From Nitrospinales bacterium (GTDB taxonomy: Bacteria; Nitrospinota; Nitrospinia; Nitrospinales; VA-1), in the NCBI GenBank assembly GCA_965223795.1, contig CBDCXL010000002.1:864001-928000 (forward strand): a DNA stretch of 64,000 nucleotides, given 5' to 3'. Within the stretch, counting starts at the first letter, position 1. Every line of letters begins with the position of its first letter. Position numbers and translations under genes: made by a program. The notes below the pieces were generated by a model. That model did not search any database. It worked only from the letters and a program-made list of their open reading frames with translations, and was not told the origin of the DNA. Of the stretch, positions 51,711-61,488 are shown in pieces.

Positions 51711-51779
51711 AGCGGGTTCAGTATAGGGGGTCGCTATAAGGCGATCAAGTCATTATTAATCCTGCATCATGCCAGTGTC

Positions 51780-52343
51780 ATGAACCGGGAATCGATCGAT
51801 TCCAGTCAGTGGGTGGACCGTTACGGAGATCTGATGTATCGGTATACCCTGGTTCGGGTGAAAAACCCGGACGCCGCGGAGGAAATCGTGCAGACCACGC
51901 TTTTTTCGGCCCTGCAGTCGGTGAATTCCTTCGAGGGCCGCTCTTCGGAAAAAAGCTGGCTGTTCGGCATCCTCAAGCACAAGATCCTCGATCACTTCCG
52001 CGAGGTGAAAAAAACCCGCAATTTCAACCTGATGCCCGACGACGACGCGGACCCGTTTGAGTACGACGCCGGCGGCCACTGGAAGGAGATGCCGCAGAAA
52101 TGGGATTTCGACCCGGAAAAAGCGGCGGAAAATCAACAATTGTCACAGGCGCTGGCGCATTGCCTGGCGGGGCTCTCGGACAAGTTCCGCGACGTGTTCG
52201 TGCTCAAGGAAATCGAGGGTCTCAGCACGGAGCAGATCTGTAAGGAATTCAATATCAAGCCGACCAATCTGTGGGTCATCCTGCACCGGGCCCGCAACCT
52301 CCTGAAAAAATGCCTGGAGTCTCAATGGGTGAACAAACAATGA
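51780..52343 (+). CDS. ECF sigma factor
   Basis: AEEIVQTT, FEGRSSEKSWLFGILKHKILD, region 4 NLWVILHRAR. Confidence 0.92.
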   Translation: MNRESIDSSQWVDRYGDLMYRYTLVRVKNPDAAEEIVQTTLFSALQSVNSFEGRSSEKSWLFGILKHKILDHFREVKKTRNFNLMPDDDADPFEYDAGGHWKEMPQKWDFDPEKAAENQQLSQALAHCLAGLSDKFRDVFVLKEIEGLSTEQICKEFNIKPTNLWVILHRARNLLKKCLESQWVNKQ

Positions 52344-52440
52344 GGGGGCGTCAAGCGCAGCGGGGGTGGTCGTTTTTTGCCATACCGGTGTCTGCGTGCC
52401 GGACTAGAACCATTGCCGCCGCACAGAGGGTTTGACTGCG

Positions 52441-52719
52441 ATGAAAAACTGCATTTTAAAGAAATTCAAACTCACCTGTGAGGACACGTCGCCTCTCATC
52501 TCGGAATCGATGGATCACCGGGTTCCGTTTCTCAAACGGATGCGGCTTAAAATCCATTTGGCCATGTGTGAAGTTTGCATGTATTATAAGAAACAACTGG
52601 AAACCATTAGAATACTGGCGCAAAACCTGGGCCGGGAGGACACTGGGCTGAGTCCGGATGTGGAGCTCAAACCGGATACCAAGGAAAAACTGAAAAAGAT
52701 GATCGAGGCGCGCGAATAG
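52441..52719 (+). CDS. Soluble zf-HC2 (ZAS) anti-sigma factor
   Basis: C..HLAMCEVC (HxxxCxxC), directly after the ECF sigma gene. Confidence 0.85.
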   Translation: MKNCILKKFKLTCEDTSPLISESMDHRVPFLKRMRLKIHLAMCEVCMYYKKQLETIRILAQNLGREDTGLSPDVELKPDTKEKLKKMIEARE

Positions 52720-52753
52720 CCTCTATTTTCTTTAATCTGAAAGGGTTCTTCTA

Positions 52754-53731
52754 ATGAACGAAAGACGATCGTGTTGTGATACAGACGAAACCAAGGAAGT
52801 TTCCAGGGAGGATGTCCGCGAATTTTACTCGAAAGCGGCCATTTCCACGCAGGAAAGCCTGTGCTGTCCCACACAATACAATGATCAGGACCTTTCGCAC
52901 ATTCCCGAGGAGGTGCGCAGCATCTCCTACGGCTGTGGCAGCCCGGTCAACCGCGCCGGCATCCGGACCGGGGAAACCATGGTGGACCTGGGCTCGGGCG
53001 GCGGCATCGACTGTTTCATCGCGGCGAAATTCGTCGGCGAAACCGGGCGCGTGGTCGGCATCGACATGACCGACGAAATGCTGGGGGTGGCCACCAAAAA
53101 CGCGGTCCGGGTCGGTGAAAACCTCGGATACAAAAACGTCGAATTCAAAAAAGGCTTCCTCGAAGCCATTCCGATGGAAGACGCGTCGGCGGACCTGGTC
53201 ACGTCCAACTGCGTCATCAATCTTTCGGTCAACAAAAACGAGGTGTTCAAGGAAATCCACCGCATCCTCAAGCCGGGCGGCCGGTTCGTGATCGCCGACA
53301 TCGTCTCGGAAAAACCGGTTCCCGATGCGATGCGCAACCAGGAGGAGTTGTGGGGCGAGTGCGTTTCGGGCGCGCTCACGCTCTCCGAGTTCCTCGATGC
53401 GGTGCGGCCCAACGGATTTCACGGCTTTCTGATCCAGAAGGATTACCTGTGGAAAGAGGTCGAGGGCATCAAATTCTATTCGTACACGATCGCCGCGCAC
53501 AAAGCCCCGGAAAACGAAGACGCCTGCTGCCCGGGAAATTTCACCGCCACCTACGCGGGACCGTTCGACGCCATCACGCACGAGGACACGACCTACCCGC
53601 TGGGCATGCCGGTGGCGGTGGATGCGGAACAGGCTGAGAAACTGCAGGCGCATCCCTACAACGGCCACTTCATCATCACCGACACCGAATCGGAAACTCC
53701 GGCGGAATCGGACACCTCCTGCTGCGGGTGA
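52754..53731 (+). CDS. Arsenite methyltransferase-like SAM methyltransferase
   Basis: SYGCGSP, VDLGSGGGID, TSNCVINL, WGECVSGA; several CC pairs. Confidence 0.8.
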   Translation: MNERRSCCDTDETKEVSREDVREFYSKAAISTQESLCCPTQYNDQDLSHIPEEVRSISYGCGSPVNRAGIRTGETMVDLGSGGGIDCFIAAKFVGETGRVVGIDMTDEMLGVATKNAVRVGENLGYKNVEFKKGFLEAIPMEDASADLVTSNCVINLSVNKNEVFKEIHRILKPGGRFVIADIVSEKPVPDAMRNQEELWGECVSGALTLSEFLDAVRPNGFHGFLIQKDYLWKEVEGIKFYSYTIAAHKAPENEDACCPGNFTATYAGPFDAITHEDTTYPLGMPVAVDAEQAEKLQAHPYNGHFIITDTESETPAESDTSCCG

Positions 53732-53755
53732 GGCTTCTTCCCGCCTGAGGGGAAC

Positions 53756-54748
53756 GTGACCCGGAACCGGTTTTTAAAGCTCCTCCTGTACGCGCTGGCC
53801 GCTCTGGCCTGGGTTCCGGCGAAAGCGCTGGCGGACATGGTGCCGCGCGTTTTCAAAACCCGCAAGCGCACGCTTCCCATCACACCCGTTCATGAGTTTT
53901 ATGTCGAGGATTATTCCGGTCCTCCGGATTCGCTCAAGCAGGGCGCGGAGCACTGGCGCCTGCGCATCACCGGCAAGGTCGACCGGCCGCTCACTCTCAA
54001 TTACCCGGACATCCTCAAACGCCCCTCGGTCAAGCGGATCATTACCCTGAACTGCATCGGCAATCCGGTGGGCGGACAGGCGATCGGCACCGCGGAGTGG
54101 CAGGGCCTCGCGCTGCGCGATCTCATCGATGACGCGGACCCGCATTTTTTTTCCAACACACTCATCCTCAAAGCCGAGGACGGCTACCACGAAAGCATTC
54201 CCCTGAAAAAAGCCCGGCATCCCGGCGCGATGCTCGCCTACAAAATGAACGGCGAACCACTCACGCTCGACCACGGCTTCCCGCTGCGCCTGCTGATTCC
54301 GGGGCTGTACGGCATCAAGCAGATGAAATGGATCCACACGATCGAGGTCGGCAACCGGCCGCATCAGGGCTACTGGCAGAAACGCGGCTGGTCGAAAAAA
54401 GCGCGCGTGAAAATCTTTTCGCGCATCGACGCGCCGGAAAACGATCAAACCCTGCACTCGCGCAAAACGGAGGTGCACGGCATCGCGTTCGCCGGCGATA
54501 GGGGCATCCAGTACGTGCAGGTTTCGGTGGACGGGGAAAAGACCTGGAAGCTGGCAACGCTCAAGCCGCCGCAGTCCCGCTACTCCTGGGTGTTCTGGTC
54601 GTGCGCGGTCACCTTTCCCGGACCGGGGACGCACCGGCTTGCCGTGCGCGCGGCGGACCTGTACAGCGGCCTGCAGCGGGACGATCTGCGCGACCCCTTC
54701 CCTTCCGGCACGTCGGGCATCCACCGCATCTCGGTGAACGTGGTCTGA
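53756..54748 (+). CDS. Sulfite-oxidase-family molybdopterin oxidoreductase
   Basis: TLNCIGN Mo-ligand Cys, MNGEPLTLDHGFPLRL..PGLYGIKQMKW, C-terminal dimerisation domain; Tat-like leader. Confidence 0.88.
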   Translation: MTRNRFLKLLLYALAALAWVPAKALADMVPRVFKTRKRTLPITPVHEFYVEDYSGPPDSLKQGAEHWRLRITGKVDRPLTLNYPDILKRPSVKRIITLNCIGNPVGGQAIGTAEWQGLALRDLIDDADPHFFSNTLILKAEDGYHESIPLKKARHPGAMLAYKMNGEPLTLDHGFPLRLLIPGLYGIKQMKWIHTIEVGNRPHQGYWQKRGWSKKARVKIFSRIDAPENDQTLHSRKTEVHGIAFAGDRGIQYVQVSVDGEKTWKLATLKPPQSRYSWVFWSCAVTFPGPGTHRLAVRAADLYSGLQRDDLRDPFPSGTSGIHRISVNVV

Positions 54749-54795
54749 ATTCGGGACGCGGCCGGATTAGAAATCCTTACATTGTTACTTGCATT

Positions 54796-54923
54796 GAGAT
54801 CTTTGCATAAGTCAGGCGTTAAGAAAAAATAAAACTCGTTGTCACCCTGAGCTTGTCGAAGGGTGGACGATATCATGCTTCGACAGGCTCAGCATGACAG
54901 CATGGGACTTATGCAAAGATCTC
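54796..54923. mobile_element. 128-bp MITE-like element, copy 2
   Basis: Perfect 18-bp TIR GAGATCTTTGCATAAGTC / GACTTATGCAAAGATCTC; same inner hairpin as at 21305. Confidence 0.8.
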
Positions 54924-54934
54924 GACATTCAAAC

Positions 54935-55654
54935 TCATGACGAAGCTTTGAGGCGAGAGGCGGCGGCCCGGTCGAGGAACCATTCGAGTCGTCCGTCTTC
55001 GGGCTTGACATTTGCGGCGGGATAGGCGGAGGCATCCGCGTTTAAAATTTCGCTCACGATGGCGGCCTTGTTTTCGCCGGTGACGATGAAGCTCACGCGT
55101 TTGGCGCGGTTGAGCACGCCGGCGGTGAGGGTGATGCGCTGTTGCCCGGTATCAGGATGACGGGCGACGGCGCAGACTCCGGACGGCTCCGCTTGAGATT
55201 CATCACCCGGAAACAGGGAAGCGGTGTGGCCGTCCTCGCCGAGGCCGAGCAGGACCCAGTCGAAACGGGGCGTTTCCGACGCAGCGGTTTTGAGCGCCGC
55301 GCGGATCTCGGCGGCATAGCGTTGCGCTTCTTCGTGCGGGTCGTTCTCGCCGCGGATGCGGTGGAGGTTGGCGGCGGGAATGTCGATCGCGTTGATGAGC
55401 GCTTCGCGCACCATGGCGAAGTTGCTTTCGGCATGGTCCGGCGGCACGCAGCGTTCGTCGCCCCAGTAAAGATGCACGCGCCTCCAGTCGATTGCAGTGG
55501 CCTGTCCGGCGACGGTGCGGTAGACGCGCTTCGGCGTCGAGCCCCCGGCGAGGGCGATGTGCACCGAATCTTTTGCCGATTCAGCCATCTCGCGCCAGAT
55601 GGCGGCGACGGCGCTGGCGACGGCGGGCGGATCGTTATAGACGTGCGTTTCCAC
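54935..55654 (-). CDS. pgl: 6-phosphogluconolactonase
   Basis: ALAGGSTP, WGDERCVPPDH, LGLGEDGHTASLFP. Confidence 0.96.
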   Translation of the reverse strand: METHVYNDPPAVASAVAAIWREMAESAKDSVHIALAGGSTPKRVYRTVAGQATAIDWRRVHLYWGDERCVPPDHAESNFAMVREALINAIDIPAANLHRIRGENDPHEEAQRYAAEIRAALKTAASETPRFDWVLLGLGEDGHTASLFPGDESQAEPSGVCAVARHPDTGQQRITLTAGVLNRAKRVSFIVTGENKAAIVSEILNADASAYPAANVKPEDGRLEWFLDRAAASRLKASS

Positions 55655-55660
55655 TGCGGC

Positions 55661-57199
55661 TCACAATTCGCACACCGCGCCGTCGTCGACGAGGTTTTTG
55701 CAGGGATAACGCCATTCGATGCCGTGCTCGGCGAACAGGGCGCTGGCTTCGTGCGGTCCCCAGGTGCCGGCGGGATAGCCGTACACTTTGAGGTCGGGGG
55801 AGGACTCCCAGGCTTTCAGGATCGGGTCGAGGAAGCGCCAGCACGCTTCCACCGCGTCCTCGCGGGCGTAGAGGGTCGCGTCCCCGAGCATGCAGTCGAG
55901 CAGCAGCCGCTCGTAGGCGGAGGCGACGCGCGTGTCGGACAGCGTGGCGTAATGAAAATCCATGTTGACGCTCTGCACGTGGAATCCGGCGCCGGGCAGT
56001 TTGAGCGCGAACTTCAGCACGATGCCCTCGTTGGGCTGGATGCGCATGATCAACTGGTTGAGCCCCGCGTGTTCGCGGCTCTCCTCGGCGAACAGAAAAT
56101 GCGGCGTGGGTTTGAAATGGATCGCCACTTCCGTCACGCGTGTGGGCAGGCGTTTTCCGGCGCGGATGTAAAAGGGAACGCCGCCCCAGCGCCAGTTGTC
56201 CACGAACACTTTGAGCGCCGCAAAGGTTTCGGTGCGGGAGTCGGGTGCGATGCCCTCTTCCTCCCGGTAGGCGGGCAGGATTTTACCGTCGATGACGGAC
56301 GCGGTGTACTGCCCGCGCACGACGAACTTGCTGACATCCTCGCCGGCGATTTTCCGCAGCGATTGAAACACCTTGACGGTCTCGTTGCGCACCGCCGTCG
56401 AATCGAACGAGGACGGCGATTCCATGGCGACGACGCCCAGCACCTGCAGCAGATGGTTCTGCACCATGTCGCGCAGCGCTCCGGCGCTCTCGTAATACTG
56501 CCCGCGTCCTTCGACGCCGATGTCTTCCGCGGCGGTGATCTCGACATGATGGATGTAGTTGCGGTTCCACAGCGGTTCGAAGATGCCGTTGGCAAAACGG
56601 AAGACCAGAATGTTCTGCACGGTTTCCTTGCCGAGGTAATGATCGATGCGGTAGATCTGGTTTTCGCGGAACACGCGGCGCGTGGTCTTCATGAGTGCGA
56701 GCGCGGAATCGAGATCGTAACCGAACGGCTTTTCGATGATCAGCCGCTTCCATTTCCGGGTGGCGGAATCCTCTTTTTCCAGTCCTTTTGCGCCCAGGTT
56801 CTTGATGATGGTTTCATAGGTGCTGGGCGGCACCGATAGGTAATAGATGTAATTGCCGCCAATCTGGTTTTTCGTGTCCAGCGTTTTCAGCTTTGTTTTG
56901 AGATCGCCGAAACTCTTGGCGCTGTTCGTGTCGATGGACAGGTAATTGAACTTTTTGACGAACGCCTTGAGTTCCTTTTCGTCGCCGAGATCCCCGGCGA
57001 AAAACTCTTTCACGCTGTCGGTCATGCGGGTGCGGAACTTCGCCTCCGAAAGCTTGGAGCGGCCGACGCCCAGCACCGCGAACTGTTCGGGAAGCAGGCC
57101 CTGCAGGTGCAGGTCGAACAGGGACGGGACGAGCTTGCGTTTGGTAAGGTCGCCGGAAGCACCGAAGATGACGAGTATGCAATTGTCCGGTCGATCCAT
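55661..57199 (-). CDS. zwf: Glucose-6-phosphate 1-dehydrogenase
   Basis: GASGDLTKRKL, IEKPFG, RIDHYLGKETVQN. Confidence 0.97.
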   Translation of the reverse strand: MDRPDNCILVIFGASGDLTKRKLVPSLFDLHLQGLLPEQFAVLGVGRSKLSEAKFRTRMTDSVKEFFAGDLGDEKELKAFVKKFNYLSIDTNSAKSFGDLKTKLKTLDTKNQIGGNYIYYLSVPPSTYETIIKNLGAKGLEKEDSATRKWKRLIIEKPFGYDLDSALALMKTTRRVFRENQIYRIDHYLGKETVQNILVFRFANGIFEPLWNRNYIHHVEITAAEDIGVEGRGQYYESAGALRDMVQNHLLQVLGVVAMESPSSFDSTAVRNETVKVFQSLRKIAGEDVSKFVVRGQYTASVIDGKILPAYREEEGIAPDSRTETFAALKVFVDNWRWGGVPFYIRAGKRLPTRVTEVAIHFKPTPHFLFAEESREHAGLNQLIMRIQPNEGIVLKFALKLPGAGFHVQSVNMDFHYATLSDTRVASAYERLLLDCMLGDATLYAREDAVEACWRFLDPILKAWESSPDLKVYGYPAGTWGPHEASALFAEHGIEWRYPCKNLVDDGAVCEL

Positions 57200-57200
57200 A

Positions 57201-58097
57201 TCATTTCCTTTCCACGGAATGGCCGCCGAACTGATTGCGCAGGGCGGCGAGAACCTTCATGGAGAACGCATCCGGGTTGCGCGACTGAAACCGCGCCAGA
57301 AGGGACATCGTGATCACCGGCGCGGGCACGTCGAAATCCATCGCCGCCTGCACGGTCCAGCGTCCTTCGCCGCTGTCCTGCACGTAGGCCTTGAGATCGG
57401 AGAGCCTGGGGTCCTCGGCAAACGCCCGCTCGGCAAGCTCCAGAAGCCAGGAACGCACGACGCTGCCGTGCTGCCAGACCTTGCTGACCGCGTGGATGTC
57501 GAGATCGAAGGGGGATCGCTGCATGATCTCGAACCCCTCGGCGTAGGCCTGCATCATGCCGTATTCGATGCCGTTGTGCACCATCTTGACGAAATGGCCG
57601 GCGCCGGAAGACCCGCAGTAGAGGTAGCCGTCGGGCGGAGCCAGGGTTTTGAACACCGGTTCGAGATCCTTACAGGCGGCCGCGTCGCCCCCGGACATGA
57701 GGCAGTAGCCGTTCTTGAGCCCCCACACGCCGCCGCTGGTGCCGCAATCGACAAAGTGGATTCCCTTTTCCGCCAGCGCCTGCGCGCGCTTCTGGGTCTC
57801 CCGCCAGTTGGAATTGCCGCCGTCGATCAGGACGTCGCCTTTCTGCAATTTCGGGCTCAGTTCGGCGATCGTGTCGTCGACGGGAGCCCCGGCGGGGACC
57901 ATGAGCCAGATCATTTTGCGTTCGGGCAGTTGCCTGAGCAGATCGGTGGAAGAAGCGGAGCCGACAGCGCCCTTCCCGGCCGCGGTCTGCACGGTGTCCT
58001 GCGAGCGGTCGTACACCACCACTTCGTGACCTCCGTTCAACAGCCGCTCGACCATATTGCCGCCCATTTTGCCCAGCCCAATAAAACCGATTTTCAT
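57201..58097 (-). CDS. gnd: 6-phosphogluconate dehydrogenase (short, decarboxylating type)
   Basis: IGLGKMG, DGGNS, TSGGVWG, VKMVHNGIEYG, LRNQFGGH. Confidence 0.95.
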   Translation of the reverse strand: MKIGFIGLGKMGGNMVERLLNGGHEVVVYDRSQDTVQTAAGKGAVGSASSTDLLRQLPERKMIWLMVPAGAPVDDTIAELSPKLQKGDVLIDGGNSNWRETQKRAQALAEKGIHFVDCGTSGGVWGLKNGYCLMSGGDAAACKDLEPVFKTLAPPDGYLYCGSSGAGHFVKMVHNGIEYGMMQAYAEGFEIMQRSPFDLDIHAVSKVWQHGSVVRSWLLELAERAFAEDPRLSDLKAYVQDSGEGRWTVQAAMDFDVPAPVITMSLLARFQSRNPDAFSMKVLAALRNQFGGHSVERK

Positions 58098-58506
58098 GGT
58101 GCTCTCCTTCCTGCCGTCGCTTCGGACGTGAAAACCGGTGCGAAACGGCCGCGGGTCCGATCGATGCGTGTGAACGTGTTGTGATGCTGCAAGACGCGTT
58201 TCAAATTGTCTGTCACGGATTGTTATCGCAGAAATTGTCCCGAGTGAAAACGAATCGTTTCCGGCGCTGTTTCCCGGGCAACGGGTGAGGGGGAATGCCG
58301 GCGGGAAACTTCCGGCCGACATTCATTATACCCGTTACGGAGCTGTTTTTCAGGAAGGACTCGCGAGTCCCCGGTTTCATTGAATTCCAGCCTGACAATC
58401 GCAGTCCCGCGATCGGGCATAGATCGACATCAATGTATTTTTCCAGCCGCCTGTGTCTTCAGAGACCGGCCGATCATCTTAGCGATCCGGCTCCCGTGCA
58501 GCGGGT

Positions 58507-59202
58507 TCAGAGATCCGCCGCCGGGGCCGCGGCCTTTTTCTGCTTGAATTTTTTGTACAGGGTGGGGATGAGCGCGAACAGACCGAGCAGGGTGAACGCC
58601 CCCAGCACGCCCGGCGAGGCGATGTCGGAAAGCGATTCGATCGATGCGAGATTGCTGCCGGCGTTGGCGTACACGAAAGTCCCAGGCAGGGTGCCGAACA
58701 TCGTGCCGAAAAAGTAAACCGGAATATTAACGCGCGTCAATCCGGAGGCGAGGTTGACGAGGAAAAACGGGAACAGGGGCACCAGACGCAGAAACAGCAT
58801 GTAGTTGATCGCGTTGTTGGCAAACCCTTCGTTGAACGGCTTGAGCCTGTGGCCGTACTTTTCTTCCACCCAGTCGCGCAGCACGTACCGCGCCATCAGA
58901 AACGCCAGCGTCGCGCCGAGCGTCGCGCCGACGTTGGTCGCCAGGGTCCCGGTGATCGAACCGAAGACCGCGCCGCCCGCCAGGGTCATGATCGTGGCTC
59001 CCGGTAAAGACAGACCGGCCATGACGATGTAGATAAGGATGAACCCGCCGATCATGAGCGCCTGGTTCTCCTGGTAATACTCGTCCAGACGGACCTTGTT
59101 CTCCTTGAGGCTTTCGAGCGTCAGATAGCTTCCCAGGTCGAAGTGCACGAACAAACCGATGACCACCGCGATCACTGCAACCAGGATCCATTTCTTATTC
59201 AT
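58507..59202 (-). CDS. TVP38/TMEM64 (VTT/DedA superfamily) membrane protein
   Basis: LSLPGATIMTLAGG, FLRLVPLFPFFLVN. Confidence 0.92.
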   Translation of the reverse strand: MNKKWILVAVIAVVIGLFVHFDLGSYLTLESLKENKVRLDEYYQENQALMIGGFILIYIVMAGLSLPGATIMTLAGGAVFGSITGTLATNVGATLGATLAFLMARYVLRDWVEEKYGHRLKPFNEGFANNAINYMLFLRLVPLFPFFLVNLASGLTRVNIPVYFFGTMFGTLPGTFVYANAGSNLASIESLSDIASPGVLGAFTLLGLFALIPTLYKKFKQKKAAAPAADL

Positions 59203-59344
59203 TGAAAGCTCTCCGTTAAAAATCCAGCGTCCGGGCGACCCGCCGCCGCAGGATCATCGATGTTGCCGTTCATAAAAGTCAAGATCGTGAGCGTCCTGCA
59301 TGCAGTTGCGCCCTGGAGGGTTCGGTCCGATTCAGGGGGCGTGG

Positions 59345-59872
59345 TTATTCGGGCTGAACCCCCAGGGCATCTGCAAATCGATTCACGTTGCAAAATAAAG
59401 AGGCCACCAGGGTGGCTTCGAGAATCTGCTGTTCGGTCCATCCGGCTTCCTTCAGCCCGTCCACGTCCGCATCGGTCACTTTGTGAGCGTGCCGGGTGGT
59501 TTTACCGGCAAATGCGAGCAGCTTTTTTTCCGCGTCGCGGATGGAGGCGGAAGCGGTGTCCGCAACCACTTCATCCGCGGTCTGCGGCGCCAGTCCGTGC
59601 GCCTTCATGCCGTTGTGGTGATGCCCGACGCAGTAGTCGCAATGATTGATCTTCGACACGACGGCGGCGATCATCTCTTTCTGAGCGCGCGTGAGCGTGG
59701 AGTCCTGGACCATGAGGGTGTCGATGAGCGACGCGTAGCCTGCGAGCGCCTCGGGCCAGGGACTCAGGACCTTGAATACGTTGGGGACGATGCCGAAACC
59801 GCTTTTCAGCGCGTCGTACACCGCTTTGACGGTGCCTTGCGCTTCTTCTTCCTGAACGGGTTGAATTCGCAT
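59345..59872 (-). CDS. AhpD/CMD-family peroxidase-related protein
   Basis: EMIAAVVSKINHCDYCVGHH. Confidence 0.9.
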   Translation of the reverse strand: MRIQPVQEEEAQGTVKAVYDALKSGFGIVPNVFKVLSPWPEALAGYASLIDTLMVQDSTLTRAQKEMIAAVVSKINHCDYCVGHHHNGMKAHGLAPQTADEVVADTASASIRDAEKKLLAFAGKTTRHAHKVTDADVDGLKEAGWTEQQILEATLVASLFCNVNRFADALGVQPE

Positions 59873-60068
59873 GCTTTTCCTTTGCCGAGGTCACGGAAAA
59901 CAGCGGCGGACAACCGCATCCGTCTGTTATGGGTCGCGCACGGGACGCCAACCTTACAGGCCAATCCGCACGCTTGAGGTTTCTATTTTTAGGGGAATGG
60001 AGATGAAAAACAACGGAAAACGGGAGAGCGCCGGTGTTCGTGCGATGAGGCGGGCAACGCTGCGGCGG

Positions 60069-61358
60069 TCAGCAGTTCATCTGGCGGGACAGGCCGTTCA
60101 GTTTGCCTTCGAACACCGCATGCAGTTCGCTGCGGATTTTTCGGGAATCGTATTCCACCATGGAACCGCCGCTTTTCAGAAAGTCGAGCTGCTCGTTGAC
60201 CTTGAGGCAGGCGGACCGCACCGCCGGCTCTTCTTTTTGCGCGGACAACAGCATCAGGTCGCAGAACTTGATCCCGGCTTCGACGGACTGGGTGAGCTGC
60301 GGGTTGATGGCGAACCCCTGGGTCTTTTTCAGGTGATCGCAGACCTTGAGCACGAGCTCGAATTTCTTCCTGGCTTCGACGTAGTTGGAATCGAGAATGT
60401 GCTGCAACGCCTGCATCATGGCGAGTTCTTTATTGCCGACGAAATCCTTGTAGGGAGGATTTTTGAAATAGCGGTTTTCCATCTCGTCCATGAAGTGAAT
60501 GGCCTTGGCGCGGGCGACGCTGACCGAAAGCGGCTTGCCTTCGGGGATGTCCGCGTTATTGGGATTGATCTGCTCGGCGATGTAAAACCAGGACAGGGTC
60601 TTGAGCGCCAGCGGCCGGGACGGCGACCCCTTGACGATGGCCTGTTCGATGTGGTCGAGTCCCACCTGGCGCAGATCGCGCCCGCCCTGCATGATGAAAT
60701 TGCTGAAGCCGCCCAGCCTACTGTTGCCGTAGCGGTACATGCCCAGCCCGAAATGCGCGTCGATGCGTTCGGAGTCCAGCTCGAGCGCCTTTTCCAGGTG
60801 GTTGTCGGCCTGGTATCCGTTGATCAGGGCCTGCAGCAGATGACCGGCGCCGTACTCGAAGATGGCGATGTACCCTTCGGCTCCGCCGAGAAACAGATAG
60901 GCCTGCGATTTGTGTTCCCGCGTCGCCTCGGGCGAATCGAGAATTTCGTTGGCGAGTTCCTTGGCGCGGGTGCTGTATTGCAGGAACCGATCGGCGATGG
61001 CGTCGATGCGGTATTTGCTGGTGAAGGCCAGGGTGTGACAGACTTCACCCAACAACCCGGAATAGTAAAAATTGTACTTCATCAACTCGACCCGGTTGTC
61101 CATGGTTTTGGGCGCGGCTTCCAGGGCGTCGATGCCCTTCTGAAACGCGGCGAACCACTTGTCGAACCGGTAATACAAAGAATCGACCAGGGCTTCGTTG
61201 ATGATCTCATCGGTGGTTTTCTGGCCGATGTTCACCATCTCCCCTTTGGGCGGATTCGCGGGTGCCGCGCCCAGAAGGAAGGCGAACAGGACACAGCAAA
61301 ACAGCATTTTTTTCGCCCGCTGGCGGCCGGGCTTGCGGATTGCGTCTGGCTCGATCAT
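60069..61358 (-). CDS. Exported helical-repeat (TPR-like) hypothetical protein
   Basis: Signal-like segment; LEKALELDSERIDAHFGLGMY. Confidence 0.7.
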   Translation of the reverse strand: MIEPDAIRKPGRQRAKKMLFCCVLFAFLLGAAPANPPKGEMVNIGQKTTDEIINEALVDSLYYRFDKWFAAFQKGIDALEAAPKTMDNRVELMKYNFYYSGLLGEVCHTLAFTSKYRIDAIADRFLQYSTRAKELANEILDSPEATREHKSQAYLFLGGAEGYIAIFEYGAGHLLQALINGYQADNHLEKALELDSERIDAHFGLGMYRYGNSRLGGFSNFIMQGGRDLRQVGLDHIEQAIVKGSPSRPLALKTLSWFYIAEQINPNNADIPEGKPLSVSVARAKAIHFMDEMENRYFKNPPYKDFVGNKELAMMQALQHILDSNYVEARKKFELVLKVCDHLKKTQGFAINPQLTQSVEAGIKFCDLMLLSAQKEEPAVRSACLKVNEQLDFLKSGGSMVEYDSRKIRSELHAVFEGKLNGLSRQMNC

Positions 61359-61488
61359 GGAGATGGATTCATCCTCAGGTCGGGTTGGCAGCTTGCAGTG
61401 AATTTGATCTGAAATTTCTTTGCCTTATTTATTGTCCCTCGATCGGACTCGGGAGACAAGCCCCTTTATAAGGCGCCGCCGGGTTTTC

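Noticed and set aside
53729..53760. The ArsM-like gene ends CCG-UGA in frame with the downstream oxidoreductase, with a small hairpin after the UGA (possible Sec readthrough)
   Set aside because: Being in frame has a 1-in-3 chance, the hairpin is weak, the downstream gene has its own SD and export signal, and no sel genes are in the window
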